From Auanema rhodensis (Eukaryota > Animalia > Nematoda): a stretch of DNA of 64,000 nucleotides. Positions within the stretch are counted from its first letter, which is position 1, and each line of letters starts with the position of its first letter. The stretch is taken from positions 5,828,001 through 5,892,000 of the forward strand of contig OZ059894.1 in NCBI GenBank assembly GCA_964057225.1, written 5' to 3'. A model generated the notes under the pieces. The model ran no database searches. It saw nothing but the letters and a program-made list of their open reading frames with translations, and was not told the origin of the DNA. The translations under genes and the position numbers were made by a program. Shown in pieces: positions 1-12,035 of this stretch.

Positions 1-3000
1 AAATATGATTTCAGTCATTTATCTAAAATTGTTCATCGTCTAACGCTCTCTCTCGCCCTCTTTTCCAGCTTTATTCATCTATGGTCACAAGTGAACTGAC
101 TGACATATCGGTTTGCAGTCGATGGCTGACGCCTTAGCCACCAGCTAAGCACACTTTGTCCCCAAGGAAAACACTGAAGCTTTTAAAATCTCTGTTGCAA
201 ACCCGACCTTCTCTTGCTCTCTCTTTCTTTCTTTTTCTCTTTCTCTCTCTTCATTCTTGCCTTCTGCTTCTTCCAGCTTTCTCGTTCATTCTTCCTTATT
301 CTTTCAAGCACATACAAGTATCGAAGTAGTATGGAAGATTAGAGAAGAGAAGAAAAGTTTAGTCAATAGCTAGTCCCTTGACTATTTTACACTGAAATTC
401 AAATTTTTTATCAGTAATTCAAGCTTTCAAATCAATTCGAAAAAAACAAAAAATGAGAAGCTGTCAGTTCCTCGAGGAACATTGTCAAATGTTCCAGGCT
501 ACAAGAACGAACACACGAATGAATTGTTTAAGAGAGGAAGTACAGGTGTTCGCACTCGCGCTGAACACAATGCAGCCCTCTCTCATCCACCACTCTGCAC
601 ACGTCAGCTAATTTGAATATAGCTTAAATCTCCCCTTTTACTAAAATATACGAAAATTTATTGTTAGTATTAAGGAAATAACAGAAATATATGATGTGAA
701 AAGCATGGATGTTGGATACAACAGAAGAATAAATGTGGTTTAAACAAACTATCAGCATTATATAACCGAATTTTTGAATAAAACTAATGAAACACTGTTA
801 AATCAATCTTTTGAATGTTCAAAAGTTAATAAATAGTAGAATCATTTTAATAAAAATAGTTTATAAATTTAACAACATTTAAAAAACAATATGAAATAAA
901 ATAAAGGCTATGTAAAAAGATTTGACATCCACAAAACAATTATCTGACCGACTTTAGTTGAATTAAACAACTTTTCTTTCTCTCATTTCTTTTTTTATGA
1001 TAGTTGTGTTCAAATTTATTTGTTTACAACTGTTTTCTCGAACCTTTTTTCATAGCAAACATTTACCTCAAAACGTATGTTCTTTGGATCAATTATCAAT
1101 TATTAGTTTCAAAATTAATTATTTTAGTTAATACTGGAACAATTACAAACAAACAAACAAAACATAGCATACTCGTAACGCTTAAAAATCAAAGAAATTA
1201 CGAATTAGACAATGAAAAAGATAAAAGCGTGAAGTTGAAGACCCAGAGTGTAAGCGAACGAGGCGCGATATGGGGTACGAACACCTGGGGAGCTTTTGCA
1301 AATCATCGATGAATGACACGATTGTTTACGGAAAGTATTTCTTTTATTCTATAGAAAAGCATGAATCTGCTTCTGGTATGTATATTTTTAAAATGAAGGT
1401 AGCAGAGATATTTGGGAAAAACAAAAAAGAAAACCGAAAATTTCTTCGAATTATTATAAAAATTGTTTGAATAAGACAGAGAGTGAGGGTGTATTTAGCT
1501 CTCTCTCTATATCAGCGGTACTTTTCTCTTATTTCTCTCATTTTCATCTCTTCTTCTACTCCTCTTGTTCTATCTTCCCTGTGGTACTCTGGCTATGGTG
1601 GTAGTGGTGAAGGATGGACAGCTGCAGCTGCCCTGGTGCAAAGCCTACTGGCACACATACACAGAGACATACATACAACTGCAGGCGACAAACGGAAATT
1701 CGAGGAGCGTGCCCAAAGACATCGGACGATTCTGGGTGTGTCGTTTGAAGAAAAATGTTTATTATCTGACCGCCTAAGAAAATTTCCAAAAAAACGAAGA
1801 ACATGACGACAAAGTAAAGAACTTAACGAAGCCTGCAATGCCGAGCAGAAGAGCAAAAAATTTGTTTACTAGTTTACTTGACTATTCATTGGCATGGCGT
1901 TCTGCATTGTGCTAAATACCAGCTTATATTGAATATAATTTCATATTTTATGACTCAAAATAAAGAATATTTCAAATTTTAAGCTAAACATTATGAATTT
2001 TGAGCAGAAGGAAGTTTGAGAACTATGCTTTCTGATATACATATCGGTGATAACGTTTGAGGTTAAAAAGTCAGTCAAGAAATATTATAGAGAGCAATAA
2101 ATATAAAGAAGAATTCTGCCCAAATAGCCTAAAAGTAAAAACAAAATAAATGGCAAACATTTGTAATCGTAAAAGGAAAATTAAGTAGGAATTAAAGCAG
2201 CACCATGTCATGGGCCATTAACTCAAAAAATGAAAATAGTAATCATTCTATACAACGTAGTTTTTTTTAAGATTAATCTTATTAAGAATATTTATCAGAT
2301 AACATTTTTTTTTGATTAAATATGTTCCATATATATTATATTATTATATATGTTCAAATTTATTATTGAAAAATGTTTCTAAAAAGACAAAAATAACTGG
2401 ATTAATGCTTTAGAATTATTTTATTTTAATTATGAACTAAGGAAAGGTCAAATGAAAATGTAAACAGAATTCTTGAATAATTTAGTAGTCTTTGTTTCAA
2501 TTCAATTTAGATTATTAAGAAGTTCAATGTTTGTTAATGTTCAAACTGAGTATTATTTAAACTATAAATTCATGATTATTATATGAAAAAAAAACTTTTT
2601 TCTAGGAAATTAACCTTAAACAGCAATTTCCTTCATTTAGGAATTTTTGTCAATAAAGCTTAGAGTGAAAACAATAAAAAATATTTAGAAAATTAAATAG
2701 CAAATTATAAAAGAAAAGAAGAAATATTTTAAAAATTAAGTAGAAAAAGCTATGCTTAGCGTATCTATGTATGAATGTTATAAGCCATGTTGTGGACAAT
2801 GCTATAGAAGCTATGGCCTGGCATCGATCCAACTCTCTTTTCTCTCATTCATCAGAGAGGCTTGCCTGGCCTCTCTAACAAGACAATGTTCTTTTACTGG
2901 AGCTCTTGCCCTGATGCTGGTGGTGGACCAGTCCTTTTCCAGTCCACACTTCCCGTTTTGTGCTTTGAGCTTCAGAAATAAGGAAAAAGGCTGGCTCAAC

Positions 3001-5963
3001 TGAAACATATCATCAAAGAATATATGTGAAAAATTTTTCCTATCATGAAGCTCAATCAGTACAATTTGGTCCTTTTTTTCTTAAAACTAGCTTTAAGTGT
3101 TAATTGGATTTTTCCGCAGATTGTTGGAAATCAAACATGATGCCACCGATTTTCTTTGAGATTTGGGAGAGGTGTCTGAAGAATGAAAGAAAAACGTTCA
3201 AAAGATCTTCTGGTCAGTTCTATGCATTATATATTTTATATTTCATATGATGCTATAAATCAAAAATTGATATGTATATGAGTACTTGAACTAACTATTT
3301 CCTTATGGTATAGCAAAGTTTATGGAAAAATGGTAATGAGATAATGTGTAACGAAAATATCAAAAAATAAGAAAACTAATAGCTCAGAAACCTCAATATT
3401 ACCAAATAATTCAAAAATAGAAATAATTACTTCAAACTTTCAAATGAGTACTAAGAAATACCCGGAACCAGCTAGTATTTAGGTAAGATGCTTCATAACA
3501 CTCGAATGAAAAATTATATGAAATTTGAGAAACAATTTGATGATGGTACCAGAAAATAAGGCATTTCAAATACAAAATGAAGAGACTTGGTGTACTTTTA
3601 GTGAAGAAAGACGACACTGAGATAGATAGAAAAGAGGGATAAAAGAAGGAAAAGAGAAAATGAAGAAAAGCGTATGGACGAAGCCGATTGGATTACTTTG
3701 AGAACAATTAGACGATGATGTTATTAAATTATGTAGTCAAGCTTTTTCAAAAGAAATCTATTTATTCTATTATTTTAGAAACTGTATGAATAATTATGAA
3801 TTTTCGGGTTGAGATAAATCTATGAACAACGAAGGCTCAAAAATACTTCAGAATGCAAGAAGAACAGATTTTGCCACATTCTTTTGAAAGATGGTAATGC
3901 TATTAAAAAGGTTTAATGATATACACATATTGAGTTTAAAGGAAATAATTGAATAGAATTTTTTGTTGAAAAGAGGCTTCAGTAGTTTTTCTTAATTTTA
4001 AAGGTCGAACCGCTAAGACCAGAATGTTTTTCTAGCGACTTGCACGATATAATAGTACTTGCTGCAGCTTTGTAACGAACTGAGTAAAAAAATAAACTTT
4101 TTTTAAATTAGAAAGCAAGTCAAGAAAAAAATTTCTATTCATTTTGCCAACAAACATTTTTTTTATACTTGTTCTCTGTCTTCCTATTCCATCTCTTCGC
4201 CCTCTTCTCAGTACATAGAAATGTCTAGCTATTACATAATTTTGAATACGATTTAAGCAAATTTATAAAAAGAATTTTGACACATTGCGAACAAGTCTAT
4301 ACATATTGCTACTGAGCTTTTGAGCTGGTGTACTCCAGTTAAAAAATAGAGAGCAGATTTAAAACTTTATGAAATTATTTTTTAGTGAATATGAAAATAG
4401 TCTAAAAAGGAATTCATATATGTATATCGAAACAATTTAGCATAGAAGTTTTACGTTTTAGAAGCAAAGTACATGACATTAAATGGCTTTCTTGTATTGA
4501 ATATGAAGCGTAAAGTCTGCAACACGGGTTGAGAAAGAATTTGATGTTAGTACTTTAGAAGTCACTTTTAAGAGAAAAGTTTATAAAAAAGGAAACTTTT
4601 TGTTTATTCAACTTGGAAAGAAGCTTAATGTAAAGAGTCCAACAGAAAATATAACAGAAAATTGACGGCAAGAATTATAATATATGAAGAAGGAAAAGAA
4701 TTAGAAATATAAATGAAAAATACAAAGGTAAAGATGAAAATAACGATGATGATGTTAATGATTGAAAAAGTGTTGAAAGAATAGAAACATAAATGGATAG
4801 AGGGTACAAAGAAAGAGAGAATGTGTTCCTCGAAAACGGCAAAGGAAAGCAACAAGGAGAGAACGTATGTAGAGTAGATAAGTCTATAAAAATTTATGAC
4901 ATCTGTCAGCACGCAATGTGAAAGAGAAAAAGTCTTTTCGTTTTTTTTGGCTTCAAATAATGCTCATGAAAGAGAAGACAGAGAAAAAACATTTCGTTCT
5001 TGTGTGCTCCAGATTCTTATAGCCATTTCCCTTTGTCTTTATCGTGTTCTTATGCTTACGAACTTAAGTGAAAGGAAACAGATGCTGAAAAAACTTTTCA
5101 AACACATCAACAACAAAAATACACAATTCAAACTTTTATGTTTTGAATTTGTTTTTATTTTCTTTTTTAACTGATTTGAAGTTAGAATTTGGAGAAGTAT
5201 TAGTTTTCATGTTCGACGTTTGAATATCAAAATTCAAAAAAAATGTGAAAAAAAAATTTGTAAGGGGTTTCCTATGTTTAGGTTCAATAATGTTACTAGA
5301 AAACAAAACGATTCCTCTCTAATCGAAACTTCAGAAAAGAATACTCCGGAAAATTGATTTGAATAACGATGAATTGTAACTTTTATGGCAGCTGCTCAGC
5401 TATTTCTATTGCACTTGCGAACATTTTAGAACCGAAGCTGTAACCATGACATGAGTAGCTTTTCCGTCGCATTTAATACACAATTTACTAAACCATAGTG
5501 TTGATGAACATCAGAATTGTAGTATTTGTAAAAAAAATAAATAAAATGCTAAACTTTAATGTTCAATTTACTGTTTTTCTCTATCATTTTACTAGAGGAA
5601 AACCAAAAGTCATGAGAATCTCCGAAGAAATAAACATTAAATTGATGCAAGACATTGGACATCAGTTCAAAAGCGAGGATAAAACGACAATGCAGACAAT
5701 TCAAATACATTTAGAAGCTATAAAGCACTAAGAATTATATATTATAGTTCTCAGCAAATTATAATCACATTTTTTACAACAAGAAACAATGAAAGAAAAT
5801 GTAGGAAGTGAAGATTGTAGTAAAGGAACTTGAGGGCATATCTAAAAACCGTGACCTATTATGATGGATACAGCTGTCAGGTGACCATTGACCAATAGAT
5901 CTTCTGGCAATTGCACTGCTGGTCGTCGGCACATTTCTATTCAGCCGTTCATCCCAACTTCTT

Positions 5964-8690
5964 ATGATTATTCTGCTTGTCTTCATATATTTTTTTTCAA
6001 TTACAGGTAATAATTAAATAAAGTTTAGTCATATATATTAATATATATAATTCTTGCAAACGATTATCATTTGCTCAAGGCGATTTGACACAAAATCGTA
6101 AGTTCGAAATCGATAATTATGTAGATTATCGACTATTTTACGATTATCGGGGTTTCATAGTTCTCGAGGGTTCATGGGTTTTCAGCATAGTTCTCGAGGG
6201 TTCATGGGTTTTCAGCATAGTTTTCGAGGGTTCATGGGTTTTCAGCATAGTTCTCGAGCGACAATCGGTGTACTTCTTCGAAAATTTTTAAATTGAAAGA
6301 AGCCATTATCATCATTTTTGGGGACCGATATCTATGAAATATGCGTCGTATTTGTTTTTTATAATTAATTTCTAACGATTACAGAATTCAAGCTCAAAAA
6401 GTAAGCTTAAAAATTTGGTGTACGATTCATAAAAAACAATCAGATTATCGAATTTAGCTGAAATCGATTTGTTGATAATCATTTATAAGTATAATATATA
6501 TACAAAGTTATATAAGAATATAATATTTCTTAAACATTAATCAAAATTATACATTTTAGATGGCGTTATTCAATTACAGCGGCGTCTAGTCAATGGTAAT
6601 TTGAAATTTCAACGAGTATGCTATGTTCTTAATCACTAAAATATGTTGAAAAACATTTTCAGATTCAAAACTATACTGATGAGTTATTACCGAGAAGAAC
6701 AAAGGAAAAACAATTAGGATTAAACGTTTTAATGGTTGCTGATTATTCAGTGTATAATGGTATGATAATATTGTAGTTCTTTAAAAAATTTCAAAACTTG
6801 GTTCAAGCCTTTTTGGATATTTCTCGAGGAGATAAAAAAACGGCATCTATAAGAACTGATGAATACTTATCAGCCATTTTCCATCAGGTATTTTGAACAC
6901 AGAGTAGTGAATTAACATTAAATTTATTTAGGTTAAGCTTATATATGATGATATAGTAATTGCTGATCAAAAACTTGATTTAAAACTGATTCATAATCTT
7001 GTAACATTCAGGTTTTAATGATAAAAGGTATACATGTAATATTTATTTTAGATGGGATGACTGTCCTATGCTTGATGTTCCAAGCGTAAATAATGAAACG
7101 GATTTCAATATAACATCTTTAACTTATAATTTAACTTTAGAACAAGAACTTAATTACTTAGAGTAAGCTATTCTATTGATTGTTTTACAAAAAAAACAAA
7201 GACAGCTATTGCGTTGCCAGACAAAAAAAGTTTTGAGTTGATTTTAAAATGAAAAATGAAAAATTTAAACACCTTTCTAACTTTCTTTTGAAAACTTCTC
7301 ATTCAAAATTGAGCTCAAATACATAAAACAAAGAAAATAAAATATTAAAATAACGTAATTATCTATATAATTTCAATTATACATTTCTTTCAGTGTATCT
7401 CGTAGTATATCAGCAGAATTAGCTTTAAATAAAGTTAGTGACTGGCTATCACAACATAGTAATATGCTACCTGCTAATGATCATGCTTTTTTCGTTACAA
7501 AGTTTTTCTGTTAGAAATAAACTAAAATTCATTTTATTTTTTAGACTAGATTTGTATACGGAACATGCGGGTTCTGCAACTCAAGGCATGGCTTATGTTG
7601 GACATATTTGTAAAAAAGGTTTCGCATAGAGTTTGCTTGTATGCAAAAACTTGTTTTTAGATGAATCATTAAGCTTAATCGAAGATGTTGGAGGCACTGC
7701 AACTGCTCTGATTGCGGCTCATGAGCTTGCTCACAGGTATAAATGACAAGAATTAAATTGTTAAAGCTCAGTTTTCAACTTTAGTTTACAGTTTAGGAGC
7801 TTTTCATGACGATTCCCAGAACGATACAATCAATTGCAAAGCTAGCGATAATTTTATGATGTCTGCTAGAGGTGTATAAGTTATCCTTACTTATATTATT
7901 GGAACTTTTTTCAGTATCCGGAAGTGATAATGATGTTTTGTTTGCAAATAGTAGGAAGCTCAGTCAATGTAGTGTTGATTCAATTGAGAATACACTTCGG
8001 TTAGCTATATATATATTCATATCAATATTGTTTTGAAATACAGAACGAATGCAGCTAGTTGCGTATGGAAATCGAAAGATGAACAGACGAATGTAACAAA
8101 ATCTTTTGATAACGATTTGAAACCTGGCGAACAGTAAGGCCAATAGTTTTGTCTTGTTTATTCATACCTTCTGACATACTTAGAATTCCATTGTATCTAC
8201 AATGTCAAATATCATTTGGTCCACATTTTGGAGTATGTCCGGTTTGAAAAGAAAATATCTTCATTAAATTTAATTAAAATGCTTGATAGAACAAAGAATA
8301 TTTTCGCGGCTCTTCCATATGTCGACGAATTTGGTGTAAAAATCGAAACGAGAAACGATCAGCTCCATGTGTTACATTAGCTTATCTCCCAGCTTTAGAT
8401 GGCTCCGAATGCGGAAGAAACAGGGTCAATTTCGAGAAACATGATTTTAATAAATTTTTATTTTAGTGGTGTATGAGTGGTGAATGTGTTCTGAATCAGA
8501 AGAAGATGAGAGGTGATATCATTCTATTGAAATATAGCTTAACTATTTATCTCGAGTTTCAGATTGTCATGATCTCAACGCCAAAACTTGTTCAAAATAC
8601 TCAAAAATCAAGCTCCGGCATTACTGTAAATCAAAAGATTTCACAGACATTTGTTGTGCATCATGTGCTCGTTTGAAAGAATTGAATTGA
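5964..8690 (+). CDS. Secreted M12B (reprolysin/ADAMTS-like, MIG-17-type) zinc metalloprotease: signal peptide, catalytic domain, disintegrin-like/Cys-rich region, PLAC domain; no TSP1 repeats; ~16 exons
   Basis: GT-AG exons join in frame from ATG 5964 ([16 protein letters not shown], signal-like). Motifs: [12 protein letters not shown]; [11 protein letters not shown]; [10 protein letters not shown]; zinc motif HELAH/SLGAFHD (starts 7720, split by an intron); Met-turn FMMS; [12 protein letters not shown]; [26 protein letters not shown]; PLAC-like [17 protein letters not shown]; TGA at 8688-8690. Confidence 0.9.
6048..6492. mobile_element. Possible degenerate MITE-like insertion in intron 1 of the metalloprotease
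   Basis: Imperfect terminal inverted repeats: attcttgcaaacgattatca (~6050) against the reverse complement of tgataatcatttataagtat (~6473-6492), about 16/20 matches. Flanks are TA-rich, CGATTATC/GATAATC words recur inside, and it contains a 30-bp minisatellite. This intron is 553 nt against about 45 nt for most others in the gene. Confidence 0.35.
6156..6258. repeat. Minisatellite, 30-bp unit catagttctcgagggttcatgggttttcag, ~3.4 copies
   Basis: Units start at 6156, 6186, 6216 and 6246 (partial), with one substitution in copy 3. It explains the spurious ORF 6085..6291. Confidence 0.95.
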
Positions 8691-9013
8691 ATCCTAGATA
8701 TTGAAGATGTTTCATGTGAACAAAGAATTAAAAATATTTTTATCCATTTGAATTTTAAATTTTTACAGTATCCTACACTTCCCCAGTGTCAGAAAAAAAT
8801 AATTAGAGTTTTTCATTTAAAACGTTTCGATAATGATCTTTTATGTTATCATGAGATAAGTACAGAGCATAAATGGAATATTAATCTAATCACTGTGCTT
8901 GTTTGATCTGTGTCTCAAACCACAATATAATTTTGTTCTTGTTCTACAATTAATAGAAAAGATCCACTACAAAATAATTCATTGAAACAGTTTTGTATAA
9001 CTGATTTTTTAAA

Positions 9014-9020
9014 TTTTCAG
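9014..9020 (+). promoter_or_regulatory. Trans-splice acceptor (TTTTCAG) immediately before the hexosaminidase ATG
   Basis: The sequence reads aaattttcag|ATG at 9021, with no plausible upstream coding exon, 330 bp after the upstream same-strand stop codon. Confidence 0.6.
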
Positions 9021-12000
9021 ATGAAATTATTGTTGTTTCTTCTCCTATTAATCGGATGCAATGCATGGTATTATGGTCGTCCTCCTCCAGGAGCATCAAC
9101 TACGTATAGATTTTGATTGTACTTTATCTTTAATTATTATTAAAATCTTATAGTGGTGGAGTGTGGCCATTACCATTGAATCAAACAACAACTAAGATTG
9201 TACTTGGTATTAATCCACCACAATTCCAATTCCAATATGATGTAAGTTGTATTTACTTTCATTTTTAATTTGAAGTTTTATCAGAATACCTGTGATATTC
9301 TCAAACAAGCTGTCAAACGTTATACAAAACTTTCATTCACTGGATATGATGCTGTACGTTTTGGGATAAAGAACAGAAACTCAATATCTTGTTTTAGAAA
9401 ACTTTCCAATCTCTTAGCTCAAACCTTTTGAAATCTCTTACTATTAAATCTACAAGTGGTTGTACTACCGCTTACCCACAACTAGAAATGGATGAAAGTT
9501 GTTAGTTAGCATTTTTTTTTAAATTACGAGATATAAACTTGGATTCAAACTTCAGATAGTTTATCCATTGGATCTAATGGCCTAGCCACTTTAAGTGCTA
9601 ACCAAGTTTGGGGTGTTTTGAGAGGTTTAGAAACCTTCAGTCAGCTGATTTATTCACCAAAGAAAAATAGTGTAAGTATGCTGTAGTAAATTTATTCTGA
9701 GATGTATTATTTCCGTACTCTTTGATTTATTTTTAGTTTTCTATTATGTCAAATACAATTTATGATAAACCACGTTTCCCTCATCGTGGTGTTATGATTG
9801 ATTCATCAAGACATTTCCTTCCTGTTGGAGTACTTCTTCAGAATCTGGTAAGTTTTTACTGAAAAAATAAAAAATAAATAAATAAAATGAAGTTTATGTT
9901 TATCGTATCTTTATTTATTCATTATTTAAGGATATTATGGCCATGAACAAATTGAATGTTTTCCATTGGCACTTAGTTGATAGTGAATCCTTCCCATATC
10001 CATCACTGAAATACCCTAATCTCACACTACTAGTAAGTTAACATTTTTTCGAATAGATTTATTAAAGGAAAAAATGAATATCCAGTCGAGCAAATTTAAT
10101 TTTTTTTCAACAAAATTAAAAAAACATTCAGAGCTTCAATTAGTTTAACCCATATTTGTGAAACTTTAACGAAAGTTTAAGTGTATTTGACAGAAAAATT
10201 CAACTTAAACTATAGGAAAATCGTTTAAATAGTTACATATGTTATCGTTCTGTATCATATTTGCTTTCGTCATATCATGAGACTTTCCGAACAACACTAT
10301 CTTCTATTGCAGGGAGCATACACACCAGCTCATACTTATACAATCGCTGATATTAAGAAAGTTATCGAGTATGCTAGATTACGTGGAATTCGTGTAGTTC
10401 CTGAATTCGATACTCCTGGTAATCAATTTTAATTTCATTGAAACCAAAATGTTCTCTGAATCTTGAAAAACAAACGAAACTACTTATAGTTAGTGCTGTG
10501 TAGTCAGCTGAGCTATTTGGAAAAAAATACATTTATAGTTAGCATAACTAATAATAGACATTGATGCACATATAAGCAGAATAAAAATAACTGTAGATAT
10601 CATTTTTTAGAATGTTTTGCAACTTAAACTGATATTATTTGTTAAAAAAAATTAAAACAAATGTATGTCATTTGTATTTTAATGTAGAGCATGTTAAAAC
10701 ATTTAAAAATATTAATTATAGATGCTTTTTAGGACACACTGGATCTTGGGGACATGCTTTCCCTAAGCTTCTTAGTACGTGTTACAACTCTCACGGAGCT
10801 GTGAACCAATTATCCAACATTATTGATGCTTCATATGAACCTAACTATGATATTCTTTATAATATTTTTGAGGTAAAATTAATATTTGACAAAATAAATT
10901 TCAAAGAGATGATTTTATAGGAAGCCTTAGCTTTGTTCAAGGACAATCATTTCCATTTTGGTGGTGATGAAGTATACTATGATATGATCAATTGCTGGTA
11001 TTATTTTGAACAAACAGATTTTTTTTGAAAGTTCAAATAAATTAGGCAAAACAATCCTGAAGTTCGTCAGAGAATGCAGAAAATGGGATTCCAAACAAAT
11101 AATCAACTACTTAACTATTATTGGAACAGAATTTTCAAAATTGTAGATTCTGCTCGTCCTGGAACTAAAAAAATTGTTTGGCAAGAAGTTTTGGATCAAA
11201 ATGTGCCTGTAAGTTATTTCAAGATGAGATCATAGCTGATATTTTATTTTAAGGCTAAAGAAAGTATTGCTCATGTTTGGAAGGGTGATACCTATGCTGA
11301 AGCTTTAGATGAAATGGCTGCGGTAACTAAGGCTGGTCACTATGCTATCCTGTCTTCTTGTTGGTAACGTTTGATCAAAAATCAGATTTAAAACAAAAAA
11401 TATTTTTTCAAGGTACTTGAATTATATTAAATATGGAGCTGATTGGGGATATGTTAATAACGATGCTATGAGAGAGAGAGGATTGTACTACGAGTGTGAT
11501 CCAACCGATTTTATTGGAACAGACAAGCAAAAGGTTAGTCATTCATATGACAACAACTAAAATCATAACAAATATGATTTCAGTCACTTGTCCTTGGAGG
11601 AGAAATAGCTTTGTGGGGTGAATTTGTTGACAGTACTAACTTGATTCAACGTTTATGGTTAGCAGTGTTTTCAATTCTAAATTATTTTATTTTTGTTATT
11701 TTATTTATATACGATTATCTTTCTTATAATTTCAAAATTTTTCCAAGCAAGACATTAAGTACTGTTATCAAACAGCATTTGATAAAGGATTTTGTTATAG
11801 GCCACGTGGATCTGCTGTTGCTGAGCGTCTTTGGTCTGATTCTGATGCTACGTCATCAGCTGATGAAGCATGGCCACGTTTGCATGAGTTCAGGTATACT
11901 TTCCTCTGACAAAATAAAAGCAACTATTGAGCTGATTACAGATGTCGCATGCTTCGACGTGGATTCCCAGGTCAACCAATCAACAACCCAGACTATTGCC

Positions 12001-12035
12001 CAGAAGAATGGAATCCACCATATGAAGAATTGTAA
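9021..12035 (+). CDS. hex-1: Beta-N-acetylhexosaminidase, glycoside hydrolase family 20 (HEXA/HEXB-like)
   Basis: Signal peptide [15 protein letters not shown]; GGVWPLP; [14 protein letters not shown]; [20 protein letters not shown]; [18 protein letters not shown]; [18 protein letters not shown]; catalytic FHFGGDEV (~10951); WYLNYI; [13 protein letters not shown]; [13 protein letters not shown]; CRMLRRG; ends PPYEEL* at 12035. Confidence 0.93.

Noticed and set aside
1483-3200. GC-richer islands with short ORFs (1483-1856, 2752-3008) and a small hairpin agagaggc/gcctctct (~2854-2877)
   Set aside because: No consistent splice chain or recognisable protein or RNA family. They may be cis-regulatory or UTR sequence of a gene left of the window, which cannot be supported here.
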